In this document: one piece after another, positions 20,952 to 30,572 of the stretch | Layout: every line of letters starts with the position of its first letter | Numbering within the stretch: the first letter of the stretch is position 1 | DNA from: Methanocaldococcus sp. 16A | Lineage (GTDB): Archaea; AGJL01; Methanococci; Methanococcales; Methanocaldococcaceae | DNA: 64,000 nucleotides | NCBI GenBank assembly: GCA_049860595.1 | Contig: CP187551.1 | Reading direction: 5' to 3' (one strand) | Notes under the pieces: model-generated | What the model was told of the DNA's origin: nothing | Database searches by the model: none | What the model saw: only the letters and a program-made list of their open reading frames with translations | Program-made: the position numbers and the translations under genes

Positions 20952-22826
20952 ATGAAAAACTGCATCGCTGCCATACCAGAAATTAAAGAGATGGTTGAAA
21001 AGGCAAAGTTAAAAGGTATTGAAACTCCTCACACAAGATTCCCAAATCAATTTCCAAAATGTCCTTATGGATTAAAGGGGGTTTACTGTATATTATGTGC
21101 TAACGGACCTTGTAGGATAACTGAAAAAACTCCTTATGGTGTTTGTGGAGCTACAGCAGATGTTATAGTTGCAAGAAACCTCTGCAGAGCTGTTGCTGCT
21201 GGAGCTTCATGTTATGTTCACTGTGCTGAAAACGCTGCAAGAGCATTATTGTCAGCAGGTAAAGGAGAAGGTAATTATGAAATAAGAAATGAGAAAAAAT
21301 TAAGATTTTTAGCAAAAAAACTTGGCTTTGATGCAAATAAAGATGCTAAGCAGTTGGCTGTTGAAGTTGCTGAGTTCATATTAGAGGATATGTATAAACC
21401 AAGATGGGAAAAGAGTGAATTAGTCCCTAAATTATGTCCAGAAAAGAGATTAGAAGTATTTAAAAAGTTAGATATCCTTCCAGGAGGAGCAAAAGGAGAG
21501 ATTGTTGATGCATTAACAAAGACTTCAACAAACTTAAACAGCAATCCAATGGATTTGTTGGTTCATTGCCTTAGATTAGGATTACATGCTGGATTTACAG
21601 GGCTTTTGATGACATGTTGGTTGAATGACATATTATTTGGCTCACCAAAGATTACAGTTGTAGAAAATGGGTTTAGCTCAGTTAAGCCAAACAACGTAAA
21701 TATTATGATAACAGGACACCAGCATGCATTAATTCAGCCATTATGTGAAGCAGCAATGGAAGAAGATTTAATAAAAATGGCAAAAGAAGCAGGAGCTGAG
21801 GAAATTAAGATTATTGGAGCTACATGTAATGGACAAGATATGGAGACAAGAATTGCTCATTTACCAGAAAGCTTTGTTGGTTACATAGCTAACAACTTTA
21901 CAACAGAGCCATTAGTAGCTACTGGATTAATTGACGCTGTAGTTTCAGAATTCAACTGTACATTCCATGGATTGAAGTTTGTTGCTGAAAAAACCAAAAC
22001 AAAATTAATCTGTATTGACGACATGGCTTACATTGAAGGAGCTGAATACATCCCATGGGAGCCAGAAAATGCAAAAGAAAAAGCAAGAGAGATAATTAAG
22101 AAAGCAATTGAAGCATTTAAAGAGAGGAAGAATATACAGAAAGATTACTATGACACAAAAGTTAAATCAGTTGTTGGAGTTGGAGAAGAGTCATTAGTTG
22201 AGTTCTTAGGAGGTAGTGTAAAGCCATTAATTGATTTAATAGCCAAAGGAAAGATTAAAGGAGTCGTTGGAGTCGTTGGTTGCTCTAATATAGCAAGTGG
22301 AGGACATGATAATGTAATTGTTACATTAACAAAAGAGCTCATCAAGAGAGATATCTTAGTCTTAGCAGGAGGTTGTGTAAATAGTCCATTGAAACACGCA
22401 GGCCTCTTTAATCCTGAAAGTGCTGAATTGGCAGGAGAGAACTTAAAAGAGGTTTGTAAGAGCTTAGGAATTCCTCCAGTATTAAACTTTGGAGCATGTT
22501 TGAGTATTGCAAGAATTGAACAGGTTGCTGTTGCAATTGCTGAAGAATTGGGAGTTGATATCCCAGATTTACCAGTTGCAGCTTCAGCACCTCAGTGGTT
22601 AGAGGAGCAAGCGTTAGCAGATGCAACTTATGCAATAGATATGGGTTTCACCGTCCACGTTTCACCGGTTCCATTTGTTACTGGCAGTGAGTTAGTAACA
22701 AAGGTCTTAACAGAGGCTGTTGAAGGCTTAACAGGAGGTAAATTAATTCCTGAGCCAAATCCATACAAAGCCGCTGATATCTTAGAGAATGTAATTATGG
22801 AGAAGAGAAAGAAATTAGGGATCTAA
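20952..22826 (+). CDS. cooS: Ni-CO dehydrogenase family protein (CooS-type, non-canonical active site)
   Basis: C..G..G..C..C..GPC...CG clusters; C-cluster ligands GHQ, TC, NC, GC, GC, GAC. Confidence 0.9.
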   Translation: MKNCIAAIPEIKEMVEKAKLKGIETPHTRFPNQFPKCPYGLKGVYCILCANGPCRITEKTPYGVCGATADVIVARNLCRAVAAGASCYVHCAENAARALLSAGKGEGNYEIRNEKKLRFLAKKLGFDANKDAKQLAVEVAEFILEDMYKPRWEKSELVPKLCPEKRLEVFKKLDILPGGAKGEIVDALTKTSTNLNSNPMDLLVHCLRLGLHAGFTGLLMTCWLNDILFGSPKITVVENGFSSVKPNNVNIMITGHQHALIQPLCEAAMEEDLIKMAKEAGAEEIKIIGATCNGQDMETRIAHLPESFVGYIANNFTTEPLVATGLIDAVVSEFNCTFHGLKFVAEKTKTKLICIDDMAYIEGAEYIPWEPENAKEKAREIIKKAIEAFKERKNIQKDYYDTKVKSVVGVGEESLVEFLGGSVKPLIDLIAKGKIKGVVGVVGCSNIASGGHDNVIVTLTKELIKRDILVLAGGCVNSPLKHAGLFNPESAELAGENLKEVCKSLGIPPVLNFGACLSIARIEQVAVAIAEELGVDIPDLPVAASAPQWLEEQALADATYAIDMGFTVHVSPVPFVTGSELVTKVLTEAVEGLTGGKLIPEPNPYKAADILENVIMEKRKKLGI

Positions 22827-22896
22827 ATTTCTAATTCAGATTTTTTAATTTTAAATCTTTTTCTTTATTTAAATAAAAATTTAATTAGGTGGAATT

Positions 22897-23793
22897 ATGA
22901 AAATTAGAGGGTTTGAGAGCTCAATGATGGGGAGAGATATAGATTTTATTCCCCCAGCAATGACAAGATTATGTTGCTTAAATGAAATTTCACATGCATT
23001 AGCAGGAGTTATGGCTATTGAGAAAGCTTATAATATATCTATTCCAAATGAAGGGCAGTATTTGAGAGAAATTGCAAGATTGGGGGAGATTGTTGAAGTA
23101 GATGCAATAAAGTTAGATGAATTCATAGATACAGATAAATTAGCAGATATTGGAAACAAAATAAAATCAATCTTAGGAAAAAAAGGAAAATATTTAGCAG
23201 TTGGAGGAGTCTTAGAAAATATAAGTGAAAAAAGAAAAGAAAAATTAATAGATTTAGCAAAAGAGGGATTAAGCTTAGTTGATAAAGATTTTGTTAAGTT
23301 AGTTGATGAGAGAAAGAAAAAGATACCACTACCAGATGTTAATTTAATTGATGGTTACAACTTTGATGTTAATAAAGTAGAAACAAACGGATTACCTAAA
23401 ACTGCTCTTTATGATGGAAAAGCAGTTTATAGTGGAGCTTTAGCAAGAATGTATAAAGAAGGATTAATAAACTCAAAAAATATGTGGGATGTATTATCTT
23501 CAAGGATGATTGAAATAGAATTCTGCTTAAATAAAATTATCATGCTTTTAAACAAATTAAAATTAACTCATCCATACATGGAGCCAATTATAAGGGATGG
23601 AAAGGCTGTTGGGGAAGTTGTTATAGAAGGAGGTGAAGGAATCATTTATCACAAAGTTGAATTACTTGGAAGAGAGATTTTGGATTACACAATATTAACA
23701 AGTGAAAACTTTAACAAAGCAGTATTAGATGGAATAAACAATGAGGAAGCAAAAAGAATCATCCAGCTTTGTGAAAGATGTTACTATTTATAA
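22897..23793 (+). CDS. Shortened, degenerate [NiFe]-hydrogenase large-subunit-like protein (FrhA/VhuA-like)
   Basis: RGFE....GR, RLCC....H, GALARM, EG..G...H, T..NF, LCERC; only 298 aa. Confidence 0.75.
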   Translation: MKIRGFESSMMGRDIDFIPPAMTRLCCLNEISHALAGVMAIEKAYNISIPNEGQYLREIARLGEIVEVDAIKLDEFIDTDKLADIGNKIKSILGKKGKYLAVGGVLENISEKRKEKLIDLAKEGLSLVDKDFVKLVDERKKKIPLPDVNLIDGYNFDVNKVETNGLPKTALYDGKAVYSGALARMYKEGLINSKNMWDVLSSRMIEIEFCLNKIIMLLNKLKLTHPYMEPIIRDGKAVGEVVIEGGEGIIYHKVELLGREILDYTILTSENFNKAVLDGINNEEAKRIIQLCERCYYL

Positions 23794-23819
23794 ATATTTT
23801 AGCATAAAGAGGTGATTTT

Positions 23820-24479
23820 ATGACCGGATGCGGTTCTTGTGGCAAGATTATCAAAAATATTGAAAAGAAATATTACAACAAATTAAAAGAAAAAGGCATT
23901 GTGTTGGTTGGAGGCGCTGTAAATTTAGATGATGATGAAGAAGTTAAGAAAATAAAGGAAATTAGAAAGAATGCAAAGATATTAATTGCTGTTGGTAGCT
24001 GTGCTGTAAGTGGGGGTTTCCAAAGAATGCTTATTGGATTAGAGAATGGATTTCCACAAAGATTTGTTAAAGTTGGAGATGTTGTTAAGGTAGATTATGC
24101 AATAATTGGCTGCCCACCAGATGAAGAAGAGGTAGAAAAAGTAGTGAGAGCCGTTATTGAAAAAGATACTGCAATAGTTGATTCATATTTAATACTAAAA
24201 CCTTACGAAATTATTGCTGGAAAACCAATTATTGATGCTTACATGAAAGTTAATGAGGTTTTATTAACTTCAAATAAAGAGTTATGTTTAGGATGTGATG
24301 ATAAACCAATAAATGATGAATTCTGCACTGGTTGTGGTACATGCGTTGCTAAATGTCCAGCAAACGCTTTAACAATTGATGAAAAGCCAAAAGTCAATAT
24401 AAGTAAGTGTATTAAGTGTGGTACTTGTTTCTTTAACTGTATAAGAGTAAAAGAGGCACTACCGAGCGAAGCGAGGTAG
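23820..24479 (+). CDS. Hydrogenase small-subunit-like Fe-S protein (FrhG-like)
   Basis: CGSC, AVGSCA.SGG, GCPP, C-terminal 2x[4Fe-4S] motifs. Confidence 0.8.
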   Translation: MTGCGSCGKIIKNIEKKYYNKLKEKGIVLVGGAVNLDDDEEVKKIKEIRKNAKILIAVGSCAVSGGFQRMLIGLENGFPQRFVKVGDVVKVDYAIIGCPPDEEEVEKVVRAVIEKDTAIVDSYLILKPYEIIAGKPIIDAYMKVNEVLLTSNKELCLGCDDKPINDEFCTGCGTCVAKCPANALTIDEKPKVNISKCIKCGTCFFNCIRVKEALPSEAR

Positions 24480-24566
24480 TGCATCCTGGGTATCCCAATA
24501 GGGCAAAGCCCTATGGGTGTTGGAACATGTTTCTTTAACTGTATAAGAGTTAGAGGTGAGGCATAA
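24420..24566 (+). repeat. GC-rich double-hairpin element flanked by duplicated gene 3' end
   Basis: About 30-bp direct repeats at 24420 and 24522; hairpins GCACTACC/GGTAGTGC and ATAGGGC-AAA-GCCCTAT. Confidence 0.85.
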
Positions 24567-25351
24567 TGAAATATCTCTCAGTAAAATCAAAATTAAATAT
24601 TGAAGCGCAAGATGGGGGATTCACAACAACCTTTTTAGGTTATTGTTTAGAGAGTGGATTATTAGATGCCGTAGTAGTTGTTAGAGATAAAAATTGGAAA
24701 CCACTTGCTTATTTAGCCACAAACACCGTTGAATTATTAGAATCACCAAAAAGTAAATACTCTATCTCACCAAACAACAAGTTGTTAGAATATGCTACTG
24801 AAAATTATGATAAAGTTGGATTGGTTGGTTTGCCTTGCCATATATTAGGAGGATTGCAGTTTGATTTAGCTTTAAAAGTTGGTTTATTCTGCACCAAAAA
24901 TTTCCACTATGAAACAATAAAAAACATTATAAAAGAGAGATTTGGACTTGATATGGATGAGGTTGTAAAAATGAACATTACAAAAGGAAAATTTGTTGTT
25001 GAAACCTTAAAAAGTACTGATTTAGTCCATTCAGAAAGAGTAGTTTATGAAATTCCAATAAAAGAGATTGAAAAGTTCTGCAACTTAGGATGTAGGGTAT
25101 GTACTGACTTCTCAGCAAAATATGCTGATGTATCAGTTGGAAGTGTTGGTAGTGAGGACGGGTGGAACACTATAATTATAAGAAACAAGAAGGTTGAAGA
25201 TATAATAAATGAAATGGTTGAGAAGGGATTAATTGAAGTTAAAGAAACTGTTGATATTAAAGCGGTTGAAAAATTAGAGAATATTAAAAAGAAAAATGAA
25301 GAAATTAACAAATGTTCTGCATACTTTGCTGTATGCCCAGCTCTATTCTAA
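24566..25351 (+). CDS. F420-binding FrhB/FdhB-like subunit
   Basis: QDGG..T, SKY, VGLPCH, GLFC..NF, C..C.DF...ADVSVGSVGS..GW. Confidence 0.88.
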   Translation: MKYLSVKSKLNIEAQDGGFTTTFLGYCLESGLLDAVVVVRDKNWKPLAYLATNTVELLESPKSKYSISPNNKLLEYATENYDKVGLVGLPCHILGGLQFDLALKVGLFCTKNFHYETIKNIIKERFGLDMDEVVKMNITKGKFVVETLKSTDLVHSERVVYEIPIKEIEKFCNLGCRVCTDFSAKYADVSVGSVGSEDGWNTIIIRNKKVEDIINEMVEKGLIEVKETVDIKAVEKLENIKKKNEEINKCSAYFAVCPALF

Positions 25352-25460
25352 CATGTAATGCTTCTATTTTTATTTATTTAACCATAAAAAATATAAATTT
25401 AAACTTAATAAAATTTTTTACATTTTTTACTTTTTTATAATTTTATTTAGAGATGAGAAT

Positions 25461-26081
25461 ATACTAATTAAAAAAATTGAAGCACTATAAAATTCAGAGA
25501 TTAAAGATATTATTGATAAAAGACTCCAAGAATTTAAATCTTTTAAAAATAAATACAATGAAGAATGGTTTAAAGAACTATGTTTTTGCATCTTAACAGC
25601 TAATTTTACAGCTGAAGGAGGAATAAAAATACAGAAAGAAATAGGGGATGGATTTTTAACACTTCCAAGAGAAGAATTAGAAGAAAAATTAAAAAATTTG
25701 GGGCATAGATTTTATAGAAAAAGAGCAGAATATATTGTTTTAGCTCGAAGATTTAAAAATATCAAAGATATCGTTGAGAGTTTTGAAAATGAAAAGATAG
25801 CGAGAGAGTTTTTAGTGAGAAATATAAAAGGGATTGGATATAAGGAAGCAAGCCACTTTTTGAGAAATGTTGGCTATGACGATATTGCCCTAATTTACAG
25901 ACATATACTAAGAGAGCTTTATGAAAACAACTACATTGATGAGATTCCAAAAACATTGAGTAGGAAAAAATATTTAAAAATTGAAAATATATTGAGAGAT
26001 ATTGGGGAGGATGTAGATTTAAAACTCTCTGAATTAGATTTGTATATATGGTATTTAAGGACAGGAAAAGTTTTAAAGTGA
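25461..26081 (+). pseudogene. ogg: 8-oxoguanine DNA glycosylase/AP lyase (Ogg2) pseudogene
   Basis: Frame extends upstream (ELCFCILTAN) with ATA in place of a start and in-frame TAA at 25488; HhH KGIGYKEASHFLRNVG present but DRH is YRH. Confidence 0.85.
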
Positions 26082-26085
26082 GATT

Positions 26086-26493
26086 ATGGTAAATGTTGAA
26101 AGAATTAGCATATCATTTTCAAAATTTCTTTTAAAAGAGATAGATGATGTTGTTAAAAAGAAGGGATATTCGAGTAGAAGTGAATTGATAAGAGACGCTG
26201 TGAGAAAACATATCTTAGAAAGTAACTCATTAGATAAAGAAGGAAACATTAGTGGGATTATTATTGTTGTCTATACACCAACAAAAGAGTCTATGGAAAA
26301 AATGAGTAAGTTGTATTTTGAATATAACGATGTAGTTAAATCATTAAATCAATCATACATAACAACATCATGTGGTAAAAATAAGAAAGTAGAGATTTTT
26401 GTTGTTGAAGGGAATGCAAAGAGAATATCTGAATTTTACGATGGAATTTCAAAGATTGATGGAAAGATTTATGATAAAGTTATTGTATTTTAA
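26086..26493 (+). CDS. NikR/CopG-like ribbon-helix-helix regulator
   Basis: RISIS...LL.E.D....GY.SRSELIRDA; ACT-like C-terminus. Confidence 0.85.
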   Translation: MVNVERISISFSKFLLKEIDDVVKKKGYSSRSELIRDAVRKHILESNSLDKEGNISGIIIVVYTPTKESMEKMSKLYFEYNDVVKSLNQSYITTSCGKNKKVEIFVVEGNAKRISEFYDGISKIDGKIYDKVIVF

Positions 26494-26682
26494 TCTTTTT
26501 TAATATTTAGATTAATTAATATTACTTTTTTATTTTTTTTCATACCGATTATATCACTAAACTCTAACAAAAAAATAATTTTTGTTCTCTTTTTCAGATT
26601 AAAAAGGTCAAAAATATTTTTATATTATTGAATACACCATATAATTTGACGACTAAAAATAAAAAATAAAATACGAGGTGAG

Positions 26683-27006
26683 ATGGTGACAAAAGTAGCA
26701 ATTTTAAGATGTGATAGTGCAGCAAAGACCTGCCCTGCAGTTGGATGTGTAACAGCAGCATTAAACAAAAAGGACACATTTAAAGACTATGAGGATGTTG
26801 AGTTCTTAACTATAATAACATGTGGAGGATGTCCAGGAAGATTAGGATTGAATCAAATAAAGCAATTAATAGAAAAGCATGGATTGGAAGTTGTTCATTT
26901 TGCAACCTGCATGAGTGCATTAAAACCAAAATGCAGATATGCTGAAGAAATGAAGGAAGAGATTGAAAAGATGGGAGCAAAGGTTGTTATGGGCTCACAC
27001 TTTTAA
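26683..27006 (+). CDS. CGGC domain protein
   Basis: C......CP...C, TCGGCPG, HFATC. Confidence 0.85.
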   Translation: MVTKVAILRCDSAAKTCPAVGCVTAALNKKDTFKDYEDVEFLTIITCGGCPGRLGLNQIKQLIEKHGLEVVHFATCMSALKPKCRYAEEMKEEIEKMGAKVVMGSHF

Positions 27007-27062
27007 ATTAGAACTTTAATTTTTATAATTAGATGAATTTAAATGTTTAAATGGTGGTATTT

Positions 27063-27749
27063 ATGAAAATAACAAAATATAGAGTTGATGTTGACCAGGA
27101 TAAATGTATAGGTTATGAAGAATGTGGGCTTTGTATTAAAGCCTGTGAAGAAAATATTCTAATTCCAGACCCAGAAACTAAAAAAGTTAAGGTTAATAGA
27201 GAAAAAGAAGTTTATTGCGATGGAATAGGAACATGTTTGGACGTATGTCCAGTTAATGCAATAAAAATAACAAAAGAAGTAGTGGATGTTAATGAACATC
27301 AACAACATTCAGAACATAAATGCCCTGGCTCAATGGCAATGACTTTGAAAAGAGAAAAATCTGAAGAAGATAATGATGTAGAGCTAAGTTCAGAGCTAAT
27401 GAACTGGCCTATACAACTTCATCTATTAAATCCAATGGCTCCATATTTCAAAAATGCTGAACTTCTTATAGCAGCAGATTGTGTTCCATTTGCTTATGCT
27501 AATTTCCACAAAAAATTCTTAAAAGGAAAGGTTTTGGCTATTGGATGTCCTAAATTGGATGACACTTCAGGATATGCTGAAAAAATAAGGGCAATTGTTA
27601 AATTAAACAACATTAAAAAAGTTGATGTTGTGATAATGAGCGTTCCTTGCTGTCATGGTTTGTATGCTTTGGTAAAAAAAGCACTTGAGGGAATTGATTG
27701 TGAAATAAAAAGACACATTATTTCAATTAATGGAGAAGTGTTGGAGTAA
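27063..27749 (+). CDS. Hcp-associated 4Fe-4S protein
   Basis: Ferredoxin motifs plus CPGS, WPIQLHL, AADC, GCPKLD, VPCC. Confidence 0.8.
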   Translation: MKITKYRVDVDQDKCIGYEECGLCIKACEENILIPDPETKKVKVNREKEVYCDGIGTCLDVCPVNAIKITKEVVDVNEHQQHSEHKCPGSMAMTLKREKSEEDNDVELSSELMNWPIQLHLLNPMAPYFKNAELLIAADCVPFAYANFHKKFLKGKVLAIGCPKLDDTSGYAEKIRAIVKLNNIKKVDVVIMSVPCCHGLYALVKKALEGIDCEIKRHIISINGEVLE

Positions 27750-27945
27750 TACTAAAACTAAAACTATTCATAATAATTATATTTAACATACTCACAACTA
27801 TGAGTACTAATTGTCTAAAATTCCAAAGGAAAGTTATCAGAAATCTATTTATATTATTAAAATAAAATAATTAATCGTAAAGCACCAATCTAAAATGTCC
27901 TCGTAAAGGATTGGCTTACAATTAAAAAATTTAATGGGTGAAAGT

Positions 27946-29592
27946 ATGGAATACACTCCAAGACCAACAAATATGTTTTGCTATCAATGCCAAGAGGCTG
28001 CAAGAAATGAGGGATGTACAGTAGTGGGGGTTTGTGGGAAGAGAGATAATGTAGCAAACCTTCAAGATTTATTAGTTTATACTATAAAAGGTTTATGCTA
28101 TGTATGTAATAAAGGTAACTACTTAGATGATGAAGTTATGGAATATATCCCAAAGGCGTTATTTGTAACAATAACAAATGTCAATTTTGACGATCAAGAT
28201 GTGATAGATTGGATAAAGAAAGGAGTAGAGTTAAGAGAAAAAGTTATTGAAAAAGCCAATTTAAATAAAGAAGAACTTCCTCACTGTGCTACATGGACTT
28301 ATAATGATGAGAATGACATAATAGAATTATCAAAAGCTAAGGAAGTTAGTGTTTTAGCAGAAGATAATGAAGATATAAGGTCTTTAAAAGAACTCATAAC
28401 TTATGGAATTAAGGGAATTGGGGCTTATTTAAGCCATGCAATGCATCTCGGTTATAATAATGAGGAAATCCACAAATTTATAGTTAAAGCAATGACAAAA
28501 CTCATTGAATGCAATGATGTAGATGAACTCTTCAATTTAGCAATGGAAACAGGTAAGTATGCAGTAGATACATTGGCATTATTAGATAAAGCAAATACTG
28601 AAACTTACGGACATCCAGAAATAACAGAAGTTAATTTAGGAGTTAGAGACAGACCAGGAATATTGATTAGTGGGCATGATTTAAAAGATTTAGAGCAGTT
28701 ATTAGAGCAAACTAAAGGAACTGGAGTTGATGTCTATACACACTGTGAGATGTTACCAGCACATTACTATCCATTCTTCAAGAAGTATGAGCATTTCGTT
28801 GGAAACTACGGAGGTTCATGGCCACACCAAACAGAAGAGTTTGAGAAATTTAACGGCCCAATAGTCATGACAACAAACTGTTTAGTTCCACCAAAAGATT
28901 CATACAAAGATAGAGTTTATGTCACTGGGGCTGTTGGATATCCAGGATTGAAGAGAATTCCTGTAAGAGAAGATGGAACTAAAGATTTCTCAGAAGTCAT
29001 TGAACATGCTAAGAAATGTAAGCCACCAACACCACTTGAAGAAGGAAAAATCGTTGGAGGATTTGCACACAATCAAGTATTGGCATTGGCAGATAAGATA
29101 ATTGAAGCAGTTAAAAGCGGAAAGATAAGAAAATTCGTTGTAATGGCTGGATGTGATGGAAGACACAAGACAAGAGAATACTACACTGAATTTGCTAAGA
29201 AGTTACCAAAAGACACAGTTATATTAACATGTGGATGTGCAAAATACAGATTCATTAAGTTAGATTTAGGAGACATTGATGGAATTCCAAGGGTATTGGA
29301 TGCTGGGCAATGTAATGATAGCTATTCATTAGCAGTAGTTGCATTGAAATTGAAAGAAGTCCTTGGATTAGATGACATAAATGAACTCCCAATTGCTTAT
29401 AACATTGCATGGTATGAGCAAAAAGCAGTTGCTGTATTATTGGCATTGCTCTACTTAGGAGTTAAGAATATAGTATTAGGCCCGACAATTCCTGCTTTCT
29501 TATCACCAAATGTAGTGAAAGTATTAGTTGAAAAGTTTGGAATCTCAACAATCTCAACAGTTGATGAAGATATTAAGAGATTAGTTGGATAA
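27946..29592 (+). CDS. hcp: Hybrid cluster protein (hydroxylamine/NO reductase)
   Basis: MFCYQCQE...GC...GVCGK, SGHDL, H.EMLPAH, GCDG, DAGQCND, WYEQKA. Confidence 0.96.
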   Translation: MEYTPRPTNMFCYQCQEAARNEGCTVVGVCGKRDNVANLQDLLVYTIKGLCYVCNKGNYLDDEVMEYIPKALFVTITNVNFDDQDVIDWIKKGVELREKVIEKANLNKEELPHCATWTYNDENDIIELSKAKEVSVLAEDNEDIRSLKELITYGIKGIGAYLSHAMHLGYNNEEIHKFIVKAMTKLIECNDVDELFNLAMETGKYAVDTLALLDKANTETYGHPEITEVNLGVRDRPGILISGHDLKDLEQLLEQTKGTGVDVYTHCEMLPAHYYPFFKKYEHFVGNYGGSWPHQTEEFEKFNGPIVMTTNCLVPPKDSYKDRVYVTGAVGYPGLKRIPVREDGTKDFSEVIEHAKKCKPPTPLEEGKIVGGFAHNQVLALADKIIEAVKSGKIRKFVVMAGCDGRHKTREYYTEFAKKLPKDTVILTCGCAKYRFIKLDLGDIDGIPRVLDAGQCNDSYSLAVVALKLKEVLGLDDINELPIAYNIAWYEQKAVAVLLALLYLGVKNIVLGPTIPAFLSPNVVKVLVEKFGISTISTVDEDIKRLVG

Positions 29593-29674
29593 ATTTCCTA
29601 CATCTATTAAAACTTTCTTTATACTTTATAACCAATTTTTTAAGAAATTTTTAAGAAATTTTGAGGTGGTGTAA

Positions 29675-30025
29675 ATGATAGAAAAAGTTTATGAGTTTAA
29701 GAAGGATGCTACAACAAAGGTTGTTGAAAAAATTGTCAATACCGAGCATGTTCAAATCAATCACATAGTTTTACCAAAAGGAGAGCAAATGCCTAAACAC
29801 TACTCAAACTCTTACGTACATTTAATAATTATTAAAGGAGAGATGACTTTAACCTTAGAAGACCAGGAACCTCACAACTACAAAGAAGGGACTATTGTAT
29901 ATGTGCCATTTAATGTAAAGATGCTCATTCAAAACTTAAATTCTGATATATTAGAGTTCTTTGTAGTAAAAGCTCCACATCCAAAGAAATTAAATGCTCC
30001 TGAAGAGGCCATTAAGTGTGAATAA
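29675..30025 (+). CDS. Cupin domain protein
   Basis: LPKGE..P.H, G.M.L, G....VP. Confidence 0.8.
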   Translation: MIEKVYEFKKDATTKVVEKIVNTEHVQINHIVLPKGEQMPKHYSNSYVHLIIIKGEMTLTLEDQEPHNYKEGTIVYVPFNVKMLIQNLNSDILEFFVVKAPHPKKLNAPEEAIKCE

Positions 30026-30034
30026 ACTAAAAAG

Positions 30035-30047
30035 AACGAAAATCGTA
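30035..30047. promoter_or_regulatory. Candidate Ptr2 operator upstream of ferredoxin-TusA-DsrEFH operon
   Basis: AACGAAAATCGTA contains the exact ACGAAAATCGT core, about 10 bp upstream of TTAAATA. Confidence 0.65.
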
Positions 30048-30094
30048 TAAAAACAGTTAAATAACCAAAATGAGAAATAAGTATTGGTGATATC

Positions 30095-30280
30095 GTGAAA
30101 GTAACAATAAACTACGACTTGTGTAAAGGTCCAGACTGTGCAGAGTGTGTAAATGCTTGCCCAATGGAAGTCTTTGAGATTCAAGGAGATAAAGTTGTTG
30201 TTGCAAGAGAAGAAGATTGCACAGGATGTGGGGTTTGTATGGATGTATGTCCAACAAATGCTGTTAAAGTTGAAGATTAA
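30095..30280 (+). CDS. 2x[4Fe-4S] ferredoxin
   Basis: CKGPDCAECVNACP, CTGCGVCMDVCP. Confidence 0.92.
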   Translation: MKVTINYDLCKGPDCAECVNACPMEVFEIQGDKVVVAREEDCTGCGVCMDVCPTNAVKVED

Positions 30281-30289
30281 GGTGAGAAA

Positions 30290-30508
30290 ATGGAAACACT
30301 TGATGCAAGGGGTTTGCAGTGTCCAATGCCAATTGTAGAGTTAGCTAAAAAAATGAAGGAATTGAAAGAGGGGGAGGTTTTAGAACTTATTGCTGATGAC
30401 CCAGGGTCTAAGGAAGATGTTCCTGCATGGTGTAAAAGAACAGGAAATGAGTTAATTGAAATGACTGAAGAAAATGGTGTATTCAAATTCAAAATTAAGA
30501 AAAAATAA
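30290..30508 (+). CDS. tusA: Sulfur carrier TusA
   Basis: LDARGLQCPMP, ADDPG..D.PAWC. Confidence 0.92.
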   Translation: METLDARGLQCPMPIVELAKKMKELKEGEVLELIADDPGSKEDVPAWCKRTGNELIEMTEENGVFKFKIKKK

Positions 30509-30572
30509 GTTCTAATGCATATTAAATCTTTTTAATCAATATTTTTTTCAATTTTCTATTTTTGGTGATATT

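Noticed and set aside
24456-24517. GC-rich hairpin as an archaeal SECIS element for the hydrogenase-like genes
   Set aside because: No in-frame TGA at Cys positions in the flanking ORFs; the structure with flanking duplication fits a palindromic repeat better
25698-26081. Intact 127-aa Ogg as listed in the ORF track
   Set aside because: It is the 3' part of a longer disrupted frame and lacks the catalytic Asp
27821-27831. TTCC-AAA-GGAA as an NrpR operator upstream of hcp
   Set aside because: Orientation and spacing do not match GGAA-N6-TTCC
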